Shown here: in pieces, positions 1 through 13,904 of the stretch
Position numbering within the stretch: position 1 is the stretch's first letter
Layout of the letters: each line of letters begins with the position of its first letter
NCBI GenBank assembly: GCA_951406725.2
Contig: OX597815.1
Span: forward strand, 135,966,001-136,030,000
Direction of reading: 5' to 3'
Length of the DNA: 64,000 nt
Source of the DNA: Octopus vulgaris
Taxonomy: Eukaryota
Position numbers and translations under genes: made by a program
The notes under the pieces: generated by a model
Database searches by the model: none
Told to the model about the DNA's origin: nothing
The model's input: the letters and a program-made list of their open reading frames with translations, nothing else

Positions 1-70
1 GAAGAGGAAGTATCTAGCAGAGATAGAAACACACTAGGATTGCGCTCGGATGGATGACCCAAGCAAATAC

Positions 71-303
71 CTATTTCTTTATTACCCACAAGGGGCTAAA
101 CATAGAGGGGACAAACAAGGACAGACATAAGTATTCAGTCGATTACATCGACCCCAGTGCGGAACTGGTACTTAATTTATCGATCCCGAAAGGATGAAAG
201 CAAAGTCAACCTCGGCCGAATTTGAACTCACAACGTAAGGGCAGACGAAATACCGCTAAGCATTTCATCCGGCGTGCTAACGTTTCTGCCAGCTCGCCGC
301 CTT
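71..303 (-). mobile_element. tRNA-head SINE, family 1 (tail ...GCCCCTTGTGGGTAATAAAGAAATAG), full length
   Basis: Reverse complement matches the copies at 24959 and 56238: head GGCGGCGAGCTGGCAGAA, box-B-like GAGTTCAAATTC, core GACTTTGC(C)TTTCATCCTTTCGGG.TCGATAAATTAAGTACCAG. Confidence 0.85.
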
Positions 304-527
304 ATGGTGGATGCAGCGGCGCGCATCGGTAGCTGGTTGTCTCAGGACTGAGACAGTGTTAACAGCCATAATAAAATCATAACAGCGAAGATAACCAACA
401 GGACAATCTGAGAGAAGTAAGAAGGCAACTAAATCGTCCATATTACTCGATTTGGAGTTCATCTCCCGAATGGATTACTTACAAAGTATACTTCCTCAGG
501 ATTTCTACTCAGAAGAGTCATTACCAA

Positions 528-742
528 ATATTCTTTTCCACTCTAGGCACAAGGCCCGAAATTTTGGGGGAGGAGCTCAGTCGATTAGATCGACCCTAAT
601 ACGCAACTGGTACTTAGTTCATCGACCCCGAATGGACGAAAGGCAAAGTCGACATCGGCGGGATTCGAACTCAGAACTTAATGACAGACGAAGATACTGC
701 TAAGCAATTCGCCCGGCGTGCTAATGTTTCTGCCAGCTCGAC
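528..742 (-). mobile_element. SINE family 1, alternative tail (...TTTCGGGCCTTGTGCCTAGAGTGGAAAAGAATA)
   Basis: Same head and core as 71-303; its 3' tail is shared with the copies at 32676, 58686 and 60256. Confidence 0.8.
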
Positions 743-1091
743 AACTTATTAACAATATTATATTACAATATATTTGATTATATCATATCACGCTCTATTA
801 TTATATATCATTCTATTATTGTCCGTTTTAGAAATCATTATATTGCAATTATTATGTGTATTATATTACGTAACATCATATATTAAATTATATAGTTTTA
901 ACGTATCATATCGTAACACTCTAACATTTCAATCTATCGAATCGACCGTCGTTCAACTTCGACAAGTATTTGCTTATAACACGGCTTCTACTCTTACTAA
1001 GGACAGAAAAAACAAACAAGCGAGAAAGAAGGAAATCAATAGTTATTGTTACGCTTTTATTGGATTTAACTACAACACAAAAACGGAAACA

Positions 1092-1271
1092 TTAACGCAC
1101 ACATACACACACACACATATATACATAATACATACAAACATAAATACATACACACACACACACACACACAAACACACAGACACACACATATATGTATATA
1201 TATATAAATATAATTTTTATAAACATGCAAGGGAAGTAACTCTTGCATCTTATCCCCATCGTCACTATCGT

Positions 1272-1326
<55 letters not shown>

Positions 1327-1364
1327 GTATATACATATGTATATATATATGTATATACATATAC

Positions 1365-1395
<31 letters not shown>
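1092..1395. repeat. (CA)n/(TA)n/(TG)n compound microsatellite
   Basis: Direct reading. Confidence 0.95.
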
Positions 1396-1774
1396 GGGGT
1401 GGGGGTGGGAGCTGGGGAGAGTGACAAGAGTTTACTGGCAACCGAGTTGACAACGTTGATTTGTATGTTAAGGCTGTCTATAACTAGATTAATTTGGCCC
1501 TATCTTAGTAATATCATTAAGATTTCTTTTTTCCGATTTTATTTTCTCTTTTGCTAGTTTATTATAATTCACATTTTCCTGTTTGTTTCTATGTCTTTTT
1601 TAGCCCTGGTCTTTGTATATTTATTCCTCCGCAGATTTCCATTCGGTCTGTCAAGTTATCATTTTCTCTGTACACCAGTTTTCATTTGTTTGTTCATCCA
1701 TCCATCCATCCATTCATCCAACCATCCATCCATCCATATATCCATCTGTCTATCACTCTGTTTATACGTCGCTG

Positions 1775-1776
1775 TC

Positions 1777-1822
<46 letters not shown>

Positions 1823-1901
1823 TTCCTTCCTTCTTTCTTCCTTCCTTCCTTCCTTCCTTCCTTCCTTCCTTCCTTCCTTTCCTTCCTTCCTTCCTTCCTT
1901 C

Positions 1902-1940
<39 letters not shown>

Positions 1941-2129
1941 TCCTTCCTTCCTTTCTTTCTTTCCTTTCCTTCCTTCCTTCCTTCCTTTCTTTCTTTGTTC
2001 CTTTCTTTCTTTCCTTTCCTTTCTTTCTTTCTTTCTTTCTATCTTTCTTCCTTTCCTTCCTTTCTTTCTTCCTTCCTTTCTTCCTTTCTTTCTTCGTTCC
2101 TTTCTTCCTTCCTTCCTTTCTTTCTTTCC

Positions 2130-2160
<31 letters not shown>

Positions 2161-2234
2161 TTCCTTTCTTTCTTCGTTCCTTTCTTCCTTTCTTTCTTCG
2201 TTCCTTTCTTCCTTCCTTCCTTTCTTTCTTTCCT

Positions 2235-2285
<51 letters not shown>

Positions 2286-2320
2286 CCGCCTTACCTTTCT
2301 TTCTCTCTCAGTTGCTTTCC
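1775..2320. repeat. Polypyrimidine (TTTC)n/(TTCC)n tract of about 550 bp
   Basis: Almost pure C/T on the + strand; H-DNA potential is an inference. Confidence 0.95.
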
Positions 2321-2751
2321 TTCTCTATTTGTCTACTTAATCTGCTTTCTCTCTGTCCTTCATTAACTCATTGTTTCATTTCTTTCTCTTCAGTCTAAAC
2401 CGTTAAGAACAATTATAAACTGTTGTTGTTGTTGTTGTTCTTCTTCTTCTTCTTCTTCTTCTTCTTCTTCTTCTTCTTCTTCTTCTTCTTCTTCCCTTCC
2501 TTCTTCTTTCGTTGTTGTTGCTGTTGTTGTTGTTGTTCTTCTTCTTCTTCTTCTTCTTTTTCCTCTTCCTTTCCTTCTTCTTTCGATTTGGACAGAAGGG
2601 AACAGCTATTAGATAAAAGAATAAAAAAGAAAAACCCCAAAAACGTTAGTATTCGAAATCCTTCAAATGTGCAGAATTCTGGACACCGATAGTTGTAACA
2701 AAGACGGCAACATCATTATTATTATTGTTATTATTATTATTATTATTATTA

Positions 2752-2807
<56 letters not shown>

Positions 2808-2809
<2 letters not shown>

Positions 2810-2943
2810 GTCGGCGAAGTGATAGAATTGTTAGCACGCCGGTCGATATGCTTAGCAGTATTTCGTCCGTCGCTACGTTTTGAGGTCAAATTTCGCCGAG
2901 GGCGACTTTGCCTTTCAACCTTTCGGGGTCGATAGATTAAGTA
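2808..2943 (+). mobile_element. SINE family 1, 3'-truncated, directly after a (TTA)n tract
   Basis: Head and core GCCTTTCAACCTTTCGGGGTCGAT are present. Confidence 0.75.
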
Positions 2944-2956
2944 TTATAAACTGCTG

Positions 2957-3030
<74 letters not shown>

Positions 3031-3094
3031 CTTCTTCTTCTTCTTCTTCTTCTTCTTCTTCTTCTTCTTCTTCTTCTTCTTCTTCTTCTTCTTT

Positions 3095-3810
3095 ATGACA
3101 TTCTGTTGGTCAAGGCTAACGCGGGGTGTTTCCATCATTTTCCCACTGATGAAAGTAGCTTTTGCACATTTACTGAGGCCAAATTGCATCCTGATGTCAT
3201 GGCTGACTTGTTTAATCGCTAGTAAACCCTGTAGTTGTTGGTCATTTTTTGCAAAGAGCTTTAAAACATCCATGTAAATGAGATGATTTATATTTTTATC
3301 AAACATTTCATAACCGTATTGTACATCATTGAGCAATTTCGAGAGAGGCATTAAGGCTAGACAAAAGAGCGTTAAATCATCCATGTAAATGAGATGATTT
3401 ATATTTTTATCAAACATTTCATAACCGTATTGTACATCATTGAGCAATTTCGAGAGAGGCATTAAGGCTAGACAAAAGAGGAGTGGTGATAGAGAGTCAC
3501 CCTAGAAAATGCCACATGAAATTCTTACATCTTCAGCATCAAGAGATTCATTGTCACTGTTCAATGTCAGTGTGGTTCTCCATGATCTCATACTTACAGG
3601 CCAGAAGCTTCGTAGAATAGGTGCTATTTTATACATTTTCTGATATTTCTTAACCCTGCTATGTGGTAGTCTATCAAAAGTATTTTTATAGTCTATCTAG
3701 GCTATCGACAAATTTTTGTGTTGTTTGTGACAATCTTCCAAGATCACCTTATGCATGAGTAACTGATCTTTACAACCATAGGACCCACATTTATATCCTT
3801 TTTGCTCATT
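3095..3810 (-). mobile_element. R4/Dong-clade LINE RT fragment (3' part), decayed
   Basis: Minus-strand GSYGCKDQL, GDSLSPLLFCLALMPL, HLIYMDDL, FGLSKCA; internal 111-bp tandem duplication (3267-3369 and 3378-3480). Confidence 0.9.
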
Positions 3811-4893
3811 TTTGCTCAAGATATACATGGCGGCATAATCAAGTCCTCGGCATCATAAGCGCAGCACTCAAGAAGATCGAGAGGTACAATAGGGGAGAGT
3901 ACCCAAAAGTAGAAAAACGTAGGAAAGTATACTTCCACAAGGAAGGAAAAGGATATAAAACCAGGCCTACAAGTAAAGTATATGAGATAGACAAAAGATG
4001 AAAGGGATACTGGGAGGTGGCCACGGACTTGGAAAGACAAGTAATATTTCCACTAATAAAAACAGCACAAATACCAGATTTAGTCCTATGGAACAGAGAC
4101 CGGAGAATAGGGATTTTACTAGAACTGACAGTACCTTGTGAAGAGAACATCGGCAATGCAGAGGAACGAAAGGAGACGAGGTACGAAAACTAATTGAAGA
4201 ATGCAGAGAACAGGGATGGAATGTCGAATATTATCACCTGGCAGTGGGGGCACCTGGCAGTGGGGGCTAGAGGCTTCATTGAAAGGAAAATGATAACGCT
4301 TTTCAAGAGAAGATTTGTTTTTTCTAGCTCCGAGCTGCGAAAACTAATAAGGAGAGTACAGGAGGCGGTCGAAAAAGCCAGCTTCTATATACGGCTGGAG
4401 CGGGAAGACCGAAAATGGCTTGAAAGTCATAACATGCCGGCGGGAAATAGCATCACGAGGTGAGACAAGCTGACACTGAATCAGCTTCGCTGACTGACAG
4501 GTGACGGTCATTTAGAGAATGCGCGGGCTAAAACTACGCGCCTTCACTAGTCAGTTAAGGTGAGACAGTGTCACGTGACAACTTGCTGGGGTTGCCTGCT
4601 GGAGCCTTACGGCAGGTATTTAAAGGGAACATTTTGACAAATCAGTCAGTCACCGGCTGACACTCGCTGACGATACATCGAAGAGGACAGGGAACAGAAG
4701 AAAGAAGAAGAAAGAAGACATGCACCCAACACCAAAGCTGAAGACACCTTCGAAAGGAGAAAGGCGCCACCTCAAAACGGTAGAGGAGTAGGGGCAGAAA
4801 CCGGACGTGGTTCCTCCTGATGATGTCTTGAGCTAACTGGATCCTATAAAGGAGCTGTTGTAGCAGACCACGATACACGGTTGTAATTCCCCC
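3811..4893 (+). mobile_element. HERO-like (R2-superclade) RLE non-LTR retrotransposon 3' end, nested in the Dong copy
   Basis: + strand reads RYTWRHNQVL...PDLVLW...LLELTVPCEENIGNAEERKETRYE...GW...AVGARGF across frameshifts, followed by a ~430-nt 3' UTR. It interrupts the Dong RT between LTESGI and NEQKG. Confidence 0.8.
4767..4829 (+). ncRNA. Non-circularly permuted hammerhead ribozyme (predicted)
   Basis: Three strands cgg-TA-gaggag, ggggca-GAAA-ccg and ttcctc-CTGATGA-tgtctt; stems I, II and III all pair; predicted cleavage after A4782 (GUA). Confidence 0.7.
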
Positions 4894-5487
<594 letters not shown>

Positions 5488-5537
5488 TAAGGCGATGAAC
5501 TGGCAGAAACATTATCACGTCGGGCAAAATGCTTAGC

Positions 5538-6043
<506 letters not shown>

Positions 6044-6065
6044 TATTATTATTATTATTATTATA

Positions 6066-6110
<45 letters not shown>

Positions 6111-7892
6111 ATTAGGGCAGCGAGTTGGCTGAATCCTTAGAATGTTGGAAGTTACGCGAACTTCCGACAAGATTCCGCTTGAACCAGAACTGCAGTTCCA
6201 ACAAATTGACGGACCATCACATGACCTACTTTATAAATATATATGATACCTACTCACCATCAAGGAATCTATGGAGATAGAGGAACTTCAGTTTATGACT
6301 ATGCATCAATAAATACTACGCTCGTAGACCAGAAAAGCTTAACATCGAATGAAGTTTCTGACAGGAAAAATTAATGTGCATACGCGGGTAGGATAGAAGC
6401 TATGGCAAGAAAGAGTAGTCAGGCCGTACTATATTCCCGAACTGCCGATAGGTTCTGCTCGAAACATTTTCCAGTATTTGATAGCTTCTCAAATCATTTT
6501 CCAATGAGAATGGTCACTCTACTCGTTATCTCATTCTAGTTGAAACCCATCTACATGTCTGGAGCGAACCAGATGTCAAACATGTTAACTAAATCGTTGC
6601 TTCAACGAATGAGAAAACTGCTACTCGTTGGCATGGGCTTGGCCCTTCAAGTGCTGAATTGCAAGCGCACTGATCTTTTCTGGAAATGAATGTCCTGCTA
6701 TTTTCTGAAAATGACACTAAATAATACGATTTCCGATGTCTCTGAGTCTGCGAATGTTCTATATGAATCAATATGAATCACTATGTAATGATAAGCGCGG
6801 GCCGACTCCACTCTCCTGCACTCACCTCGAGCGGAATTTCTCTCAACACATCCAACTGTTACTGTAGTGGTCCAACAGCCAAAATATTCATATGCAGTCC
6901 AGAAGTGGGTATTTCATATTCGAAGTTTCATACCGAACTTCGTCCATAATTCCTTTCGAATACATCACTCTCAGACAACTTCGCCAAACTGTTTTGCAAA
7001 TGACACGTCAACCATAAATTCACAATCGTAAATATGAGACAGAGAATCGTATATTTTCAGCCCTATTAAAGCATATTTTAAATCCCATATAACTAATCCA
7101 TTGGTGTGAGTTGCGTTTCAACAGTTTTCAAAGCTTATTGTTCCAAATCTTTGTACCAAATCTTTGTACTCGGCTTGCAACATATAACACGCATTGGTTT
7201 GTACAATCACTAGAAGACATCTACATCAGCGGTATACCAGATGCTCTCATTCCACACAATGGCAGAATGAAGAATAAATTCTCACAGAAATGACAATACT
7301 GGAATAAATTGTAGTATGGCAGTATGAATTAAGATTTATTTACAACAGCAGCAAATTGATTCCATTTTATTACAAAGCCTATTTAGACGAAGAGTACAGC
7401 CGATGGAAAATACCCCAAGTATATAATTGTTATATATTTTATACTTCGAAAAGAAATCAAGCGCAATGTTTCAATATGAGAGTAAAAACTTAGTTTCTGT
7501 AGCTTCACTTGGCGTTAAACTGAAAATATAGGGAAACAATCATTTTCACTGCATTAGATTTCTGCATCAGAATATTATATCATATTTAAATACATTATCA
7601 TTCCCTTCGATATTGCGCATATGTACAAAAGGGGGAAAGAACTTTTCTCATTTCAATGTTTTTACATTCACTATTTCTATATATTTTTAATTACGTACAT
7701 AAATGCATAAATACATGCTTTATGCACATGTCGATGCCTGCATTTAGTTGTACACATCTATGTATATATGTATAATTATATATATATTAGAAAAAATGAG
7801 GTGATCAGATCGGATGGTTCATATTTATAGATATTTATTTATATATTACATTTTTTACATATATATATCATATCATTCAGATCATATCATTC

Positions 7893-7935
7893 GGATTAGC
7901 GCTTTCTCCCAATCGAGTGGGCTTTTCAAAATACC
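7893..7935 (-). ncRNA. Degenerate minimal type-I hammerhead (U3-A8 core)
   Basis: Minus strand: ggtatt-TTGAAAA-gccca ctcgat tggga-GAAA-gcgc-TA-atcc; stems I and II are imperfect. Confidence 0.4.
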
Positions 7936-7955
7936 TGTACATCATCTCCAAACCT

Positions 7956-8004
<49 letters not shown>

Positions 8005-8005
<1 letters not shown>

Positions 8006-9175
8006 TAGCATTAAAGACACGTCGTTGCCGGGTCATAGTGCTAGTGCATGTATATATGTGTATATATATATGTGTACATATTACATGTACATCTATATAT
8101 ATACATCTACACATAAAATACAAAATACAAAGTTATATCTTGATATCGCTAGTGATAACAATACTCAAAATATATAACAGACTGGAATTGTTAGCCCGTC
8201 TCTTGTAATTTCGATCAATTGTATCTTGTCCTTCATCTTGTATAGAAGTGTGGCTACAATCCAGCATACCTCTACTTCTTGGGGATGGGGCATTAAAAAT
8301 TTTTTTCCGGGACGTCCTACGTCCCAGAAATAAAGGTAAAAATAAAATATTTCCACTTTGCAAGTTCGAGTCGAGTACTCCCTTGCACGCTCCGTTGACT
8401 CGAACCTTGCTTCTATTGTGGCGAATTTACCGCCTCTGATTAGATACCTTTCATAGTCGCACCATGACACTTTTCGAAGGTGCTTTCCTCCATGTGTTGA
8501 AATCTTCTTTTTTCTCTACATTGTATACTTTAATTTAATTTTTTATTAATCATCTGGACTATTCCATTTCTGCACGCTAATTTTATTTTTAATTTATTCC
8601 CATTCATGTGAAACCATTTATTCAAGTTCAAGTCATTGATGCAATTTTATACCAATTGCTATTTTTACTTTTGTTATGTTACGATTATATTATACTTTAG
8701 TTTGATTTTAATTATTACTTACTACATGTAATTCAATAGTTATTATTATTTTTATTGTTAAAGTGAAAGTATCTGACAGAAAATAGAGAAATATTTTTGT
8801 TTCACTTTTAACACGTAATACTGAAATAGTGGAGAAGATATGATATTGATATGGGCTCGCTCTAGGGAAGAAGTTGAACATTTTCTTTGCCCATGAAACT
8901 ACATGGACCCTAAGTAAGGCATGTGTAAAATTTGAATGAAATTGGTTGTGTAGTTCTCAAGTTTTAGGGCATCGTAGTGGAGAAATATGATATTGCTGTG
9001 GGCTCACCTTAGGCAAAAAGTTCAAAGTTTTTTTTTGCCGATGACACCCCCAGGACCCTAAGTAAGGCATGTGTAAAATTTGAATGAAATTGGTTGTGTA
9101 GTTCTCAAGTTTTAGGAAAACACACAGACAGACACACACACACACACACACATTCTCAGTTTTATATATATAAAG

Positions 9176-9176
<1 letters not shown>
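8005..9176 (-). mobile_element. Non-autonomous Helitron-like element
   Basis: Minus strand starts TC(TTTATATATATAAAACTGAGAATG) and ends with an imperfect hairpin GACCCGGC/GACGTGTC then CTAG, between A and T; internal ~142-bp tandem repeat (8827-8968 and 8975-9116). Confidence 0.7.
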
Positions 9177-9248
<72 letters not shown>

Positions 9249-9524
9249 TGTGTGTATGTGTGTGTGCGTGTGTATATATTTCCTAACAACTGTCTCTGAA
9301 GGACGCACAATGGAATAGCACACCTTTGATGCAAGTCTGAGGTGCCTCTCCAATGACTGAAACAGCAAATATTACTTGATTTTTCATTTAGAATTTTCGC
9401 GTAAACGGGTATTGCACATGAAGATGATACGGAAACACTTATAACTTATAATTAAAGATGTGTTTATAATTTTTCTTTGACTTCTTCTTTTCATTATGCG
9501 TATATATATATATATGTAAACAAA

Positions 9525-9558
<34 letters not shown>

Positions 9559-9559
9559 A

Positions 9560-9622
<63 letters not shown>

Positions 9623-9623
9623 C

Positions 9624-9681
<58 letters not shown>

Positions 9682-10149
9682 ATACATATAAATAATTTGG
9701 GAAAACAAATTTCCAAATCAATCAGGTACAACCCGTCAGCATTATATGCATATACATATCGTACATTGGGGTCTTATTTATAGAATACTTATATGTTTGT
9801 CTATAAATATACAAAGTATCTGATAAAAGTCAATATTAATTCAATTTTGGGGGATTAATCGATATGCAAGTATTCTATTTCAGATAATTAAAAAAATAAC
9901 CCAATGAGTATATCTGAAAGTAAACTCATGGTATTAGTTTGCATATCACGAAATAATACTTACAGGATATGACCAAAATTACCAGCAGGGTATATAATAT
10001 ATTTCATTAATTATCTTCTACTTTAGTCAATACTTAAATTTATTAAATATGAAAGAACAACACGTGTTTCTGTCTTCCATGTAAGTATTATTGTTATTAG
10101 GATTGTTGTTATTGTAGTAGTGAGCCTTCCATTTCATTCTATTTATAAA

Positions 10150-11960
10150 GATTTTATTAGGTCTTGTATATAATTTTTCCTGCTAGGAATAGGTATATCC
10201 TTCAAAAATGAGTTCCACCCTATCATCTCACGGCATGTATTGAAAAATGATAATAAGATTAGGCTATGTGCCGATTTCTCTACAGGATTGAACGACTGTT
10301 TAAAAACATACCACCATCCATTCTCGACTGCAGAGGACATTTTTTCAAACTTAAATGGTGGAAAATGTTTTTCCAAATTAGATCTGTCTGAAGCCTATTC
10401 ACAGATAAAAGTAAAGGGAAATTCTTAAAGTATTTAACAATAAATACACACAGAGGATTGTACAGATACACACGATTACCTTTTGGATTAAAATTGGCAC
10501 TAGCAATATTCCATCAAATCATGGATACTACGTTATCTGACTGTGAATTTGAAATCCTGTACTTGGACGATATTTTGATCAAGAGTAATTCTCGTGAACA
10601 GCATGTGGAACACATAAAAGTTGTGTTTAAGAAAATTAAAGTTTTCGGGTTCACTTTAAGTGAAGAAAAATGCGAATTATTTACCCCAATTTAAGTACTT
10701 AAGACAAATAATTGATATAAGCGGTAGACGTCCTCACCCATCGAAGGAAGACACAATAAAGAACATGCTTGTATCGACAAATATTCCAACTTTACAAGCA
10801 TTTTGTGGGTTGGGAAATTATTATCAAGACTACATTCCTAATATGCACAAGTTAAGAGCTCCATTGAACGACCTATTAAATAAAGGAGTAATGTAGAATG
10901 CTGCTAAATGCCAGAGCACTTTTGAAGAAATCAAACAAATTCTAATATCAGACTTGTCGTTAGCACATTACGATCCCGAAATGGACATCATTGTATCGTC
11001 TGATGTTTTCAGGTGCAGTTCTACCTCATAAATACGATGACGGAAGTACAAAACCAGTGGTTCATGTTTCGCGCTCGCAAATAGCGAAAGAGAAGGGATA
11101 TAGTCAAATTGAAAAGAAGTCCCTAGCAATTATTTCTGCATTGAAGAAGTGTTTCTTTATTGCGAACAGACCACAAACCTTTTCTGTCGGTTTATGAGTC
11201 TACAAAAGGGTTACCGACTCATACTGCGAACCGCCTGCAACGTTGGGGTGTCATATTTCTAGATTATAATTTCAGAATGCAATACATTCCATCGAAAAAA
11301 ATCGGTCATGCGGACTGCATTTCGAGATTATTACCCCAAAATATGGAACATCGAGGAGATTTATAGCACCACTGCAGGCATAAGGTGAAATTAAAAGTGT
11401 TATGACGAACGTTATTCTAGAACAGCTAGTGACGTCACAGGATATAAGTATGAAAGCTGTAGGTGATGAGTACATTACGAAAATAAAAGATTTGAAACAT
11501 AAACGTAATAAACATTCAGATGCAAATAGTTTTTTTAATTTGCGGCGATGTATGCCCAAAGAGTGGTGGTTCCAACTAAATTACAAAAAAGTGTATTGCA
11601 ACAACTTCACAACGGACATCGAGGAATGGCAAGGATGAAAGCTCTGATGAGGTGTTATGACTACTGACCCTCTATGGACCAACATATCGAAAATTTGGTG
11701 AGAATGTGCCGAGGTTGTGCGCTCGGAGCCAAGGACCTGTCGGTAAAATACAAGTGGTGGCCAGAGACGAGAAACTCATATATCCAGGTTACACATTGAC
11801 TATGCCGGACCGGTAAACGGCGCTTACTACTTAATCGTAGTAGATAACTACACAGTGGTCGGGTGTTTGCAGGTGCTATAGACCAACCCCGAAACAACTA
11901 TAAAGTTGTTATACGAATTGTTTGCGCGATAGTGTCCCAGACACGCATATACAAAAGACG
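10150..11960 (+). mobile_element. Decayed Ty3/Gypsy pol (RT, RNase H, integrase)
   Basis: IRLCADFSTGLN, FSKLDLSEAY, YTRLPFGL, YLDDILI, YSQIEK, TDHKP, RLQRW, HRGMARMKALMR, HIDYAGP; many frameshifts and stops; no LTR seen. Confidence 0.92.
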
Positions 11961-12021
11961 AAGACAGGTATATGAATAGCAAGCACATGTAATAGTTTGA
12001 CACTCGGGAAAATGAAAAAGT

Positions 12022-12056
12022 CTTTTGTTTCGAGCCTACGCTCTTCGACAGAAAGG
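12022..12056 (-). ncRNA. Degenerate hammerhead-like motif in a solo pLTR-like piece
   Basis: Minus strand: ccttt-CTGTCGA-a-gagc gtag gctc-GAAA-caaaag; A6 and the cleavage site are altered. Confidence 0.3.
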
Positions 12057-12239
12057 AATAAGAGAAAATAAACAGAGAGAGAATGAAAAAAAACTTGTAG
12101 ACTTCAGCAGTCCAACATGTATATATATATATATATTTATTTAAATTTTTTTTTAAATTTAATTTTTTTTGCTCAAGAAGCAAGGCCATGTAGGGGGACA
12201 TGGCGTTATGTACAGGGAGGGTGTTCATACAAAGAGTTC

Positions 12240-12562
12240 AGGCCATTTCTGGTCAAGAGAGACTTTGGCGGTCGTCAGCATCTTCACTATCTCGTCCGGC
12301 AGCTTATTCCACGGATCCGCAACCCGGACGGAGAAAGCTCCTCTCCTTCGATTGAGATGAAATCGTCGTAGATAGAGTTTTTCGGAGTGACCCCGCAGCC
12401 CACACTCTGGAGCAGGAGTGAAGAACAGCTCTTTCTTATGATGTTGTGAGCGAGAATAAGATCACAATGGCGTCGTCGTTTTTCGAGAGAATAAAGATCG
12501 AGCGTCTTCAGCCTTTCTTCATAAGACAAATGCTTGAGACCAAGAACCATGCGGGTAACCAG
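12240..12562 (-). mobile_element. CR1-clade LINE 3' end
   Basis: TRMVLGLKHLSYEERLKTLDLYSLEKRR...AFSVRVADPWNKLP. Confidence 0.85.
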
Positions 12563-13443
12563 CTTATATATATACATTCACATAAGCATGCAAACACATA
12601 TATAACCCCACACCATACCCACATATACACACACGTATGCACACAAACACGAATACATACAGACACTTGTATTCGTATTTATTGGTTTCTATCATTGGAT
12701 TGCGACCATATTAACGCAGAAATAGCCGTCCAAATCTTTGACCATCAAATATGCTACTTAACTTGCTTTGCCTAATTTAACCTTCCTTACATATATATGC
12801 ATGAAACCAATACCAGTACTTCAATATGTAACCACTTTTGACTTCAATTTATATATTCCATTCACCACACATCATCATATTAACAATGGAGTAGTCTCAC
12901 TAGTATTTTTATATTACCGAGATTTCTCTAATTACGCATATTACTGAACTGCCTACATACTTCATTTAATTGGATCCGTTCACTTTGATGTCAAACTGCA
13001 CTACAGTTCAAGTGCTTTATATAGCCATACAAATATTCTTTTATCGCATGAAAACTCTCAGCGCTAATCGAAATACTTCAGGGTAAACTTATCTAGTGAT
13101 TTTATTATAAATAAAAGTACATGTATAATTGATATAGGGATATATTCTATTACTCATTCAAATTTTCTTCTCATTACAACATGCATGCACACGTACAATG
13201 TTACGTTTAAATGTAGCCTAAATATATTACATGTATACACGGTGTGTTTGTGTTCATGCGTACGTATGAGTCTGTAGTGTTTATGTCAAGAGAGATGAAT
13301 TTCTGGTCAGGATAATAGTCATATGTTAGCAAATATATTTATAAGTATGCTATGCTTTTCAGTTTTGAAGAAGTAAGTTTATAAGTCTACAGGATATAGT
13401 ATGGAATCATTCATGCATATCTATATATCTGTCTATCTGTCTA

Positions 13444-13502
<59 letters not shown>

Positions 13503-13509
13503 TTCTATC

Positions 13510-13700
13510 TTTCAGTAATTTGACTGTGGCCATGCTGAAGCACCACCTTAAGCGGTTTTAGTCGAAGAAATCGACGCAGGACTTATCCTATCGATCTCTT
13601 TTACCGAACCGCTAGATTGCAGGGACGTAAACACACCAACATCGGGTGTCATTCGACGATATGGGGACAATCACAGATACAAAGACACACACATATAAAC
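13510..13700 (-). mobile_element. SINE family 2 fragment
   Basis: GGCCATGCTG...CCGAACCGCTA...GGGACGTAAACACACC is shared with 31775-31980 and 54785-55180. Confidence 0.7.
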
Positions 13701-13773
13701 ATATATAAATATATATAAATATATATAAATATATATATCAAATATAAATTAAAAACAGAACACAAAGGATATC

Positions 13774-13864
13774 GCGGTACACGTGTTTCAAGCTTTATAA
13801 ACAATCCGTTATTACATCAGTGTATTAATGATATAAAAGATGGTTTAAAGCACTCCTCAGCCGC
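13774..13864 (-). ncRNA. Type-I hammerhead with long stem II
   Basis: Minus strand: gcgg-CTGAGGA-gtgcttt aaac...gttt at aaagctt-GAAA-cacgtg-TA-ccgc. Confidence 0.65.
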
Positions 13865-13904
13865 AAACATTGTTAGTCCAAAGATTACATCACAATATAA
13901 TATA

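Noticed and set aside
774-3098. Long ORFs rich in YI, SFFL, poly-N, poly-I or poly-L, here and throughout the window
   Set aside because: Translations of (TA)n, (TTTC)n, (TAA)n and similar microsatellites, not genes.
4735-4772. Type-I HHR-like motif CTGAAGA-cacctt cga aagga-GAAA-ggcgcc just upstream of the permuted hammerhead
   Set aside because: No U at position 16.1 and stem I is at most 2 bp; could be a relic but is not supportable.
6680-7000. Possible very old mariner N-terminal fragment (minus strand)
   Set aside because: Only a vague resemblance; no clear motif or TIR.
9405-9445. ATGAAGA...GGAAACAC hammerhead-like string
   Set aside because: Stems I and II do not pair.
10050-10085. 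Minus-strand GAAA-cacgtg-TT-gttc half hammerhead
   Set aside because: The CUGANGA half is missing; at most a truncated pLTR.
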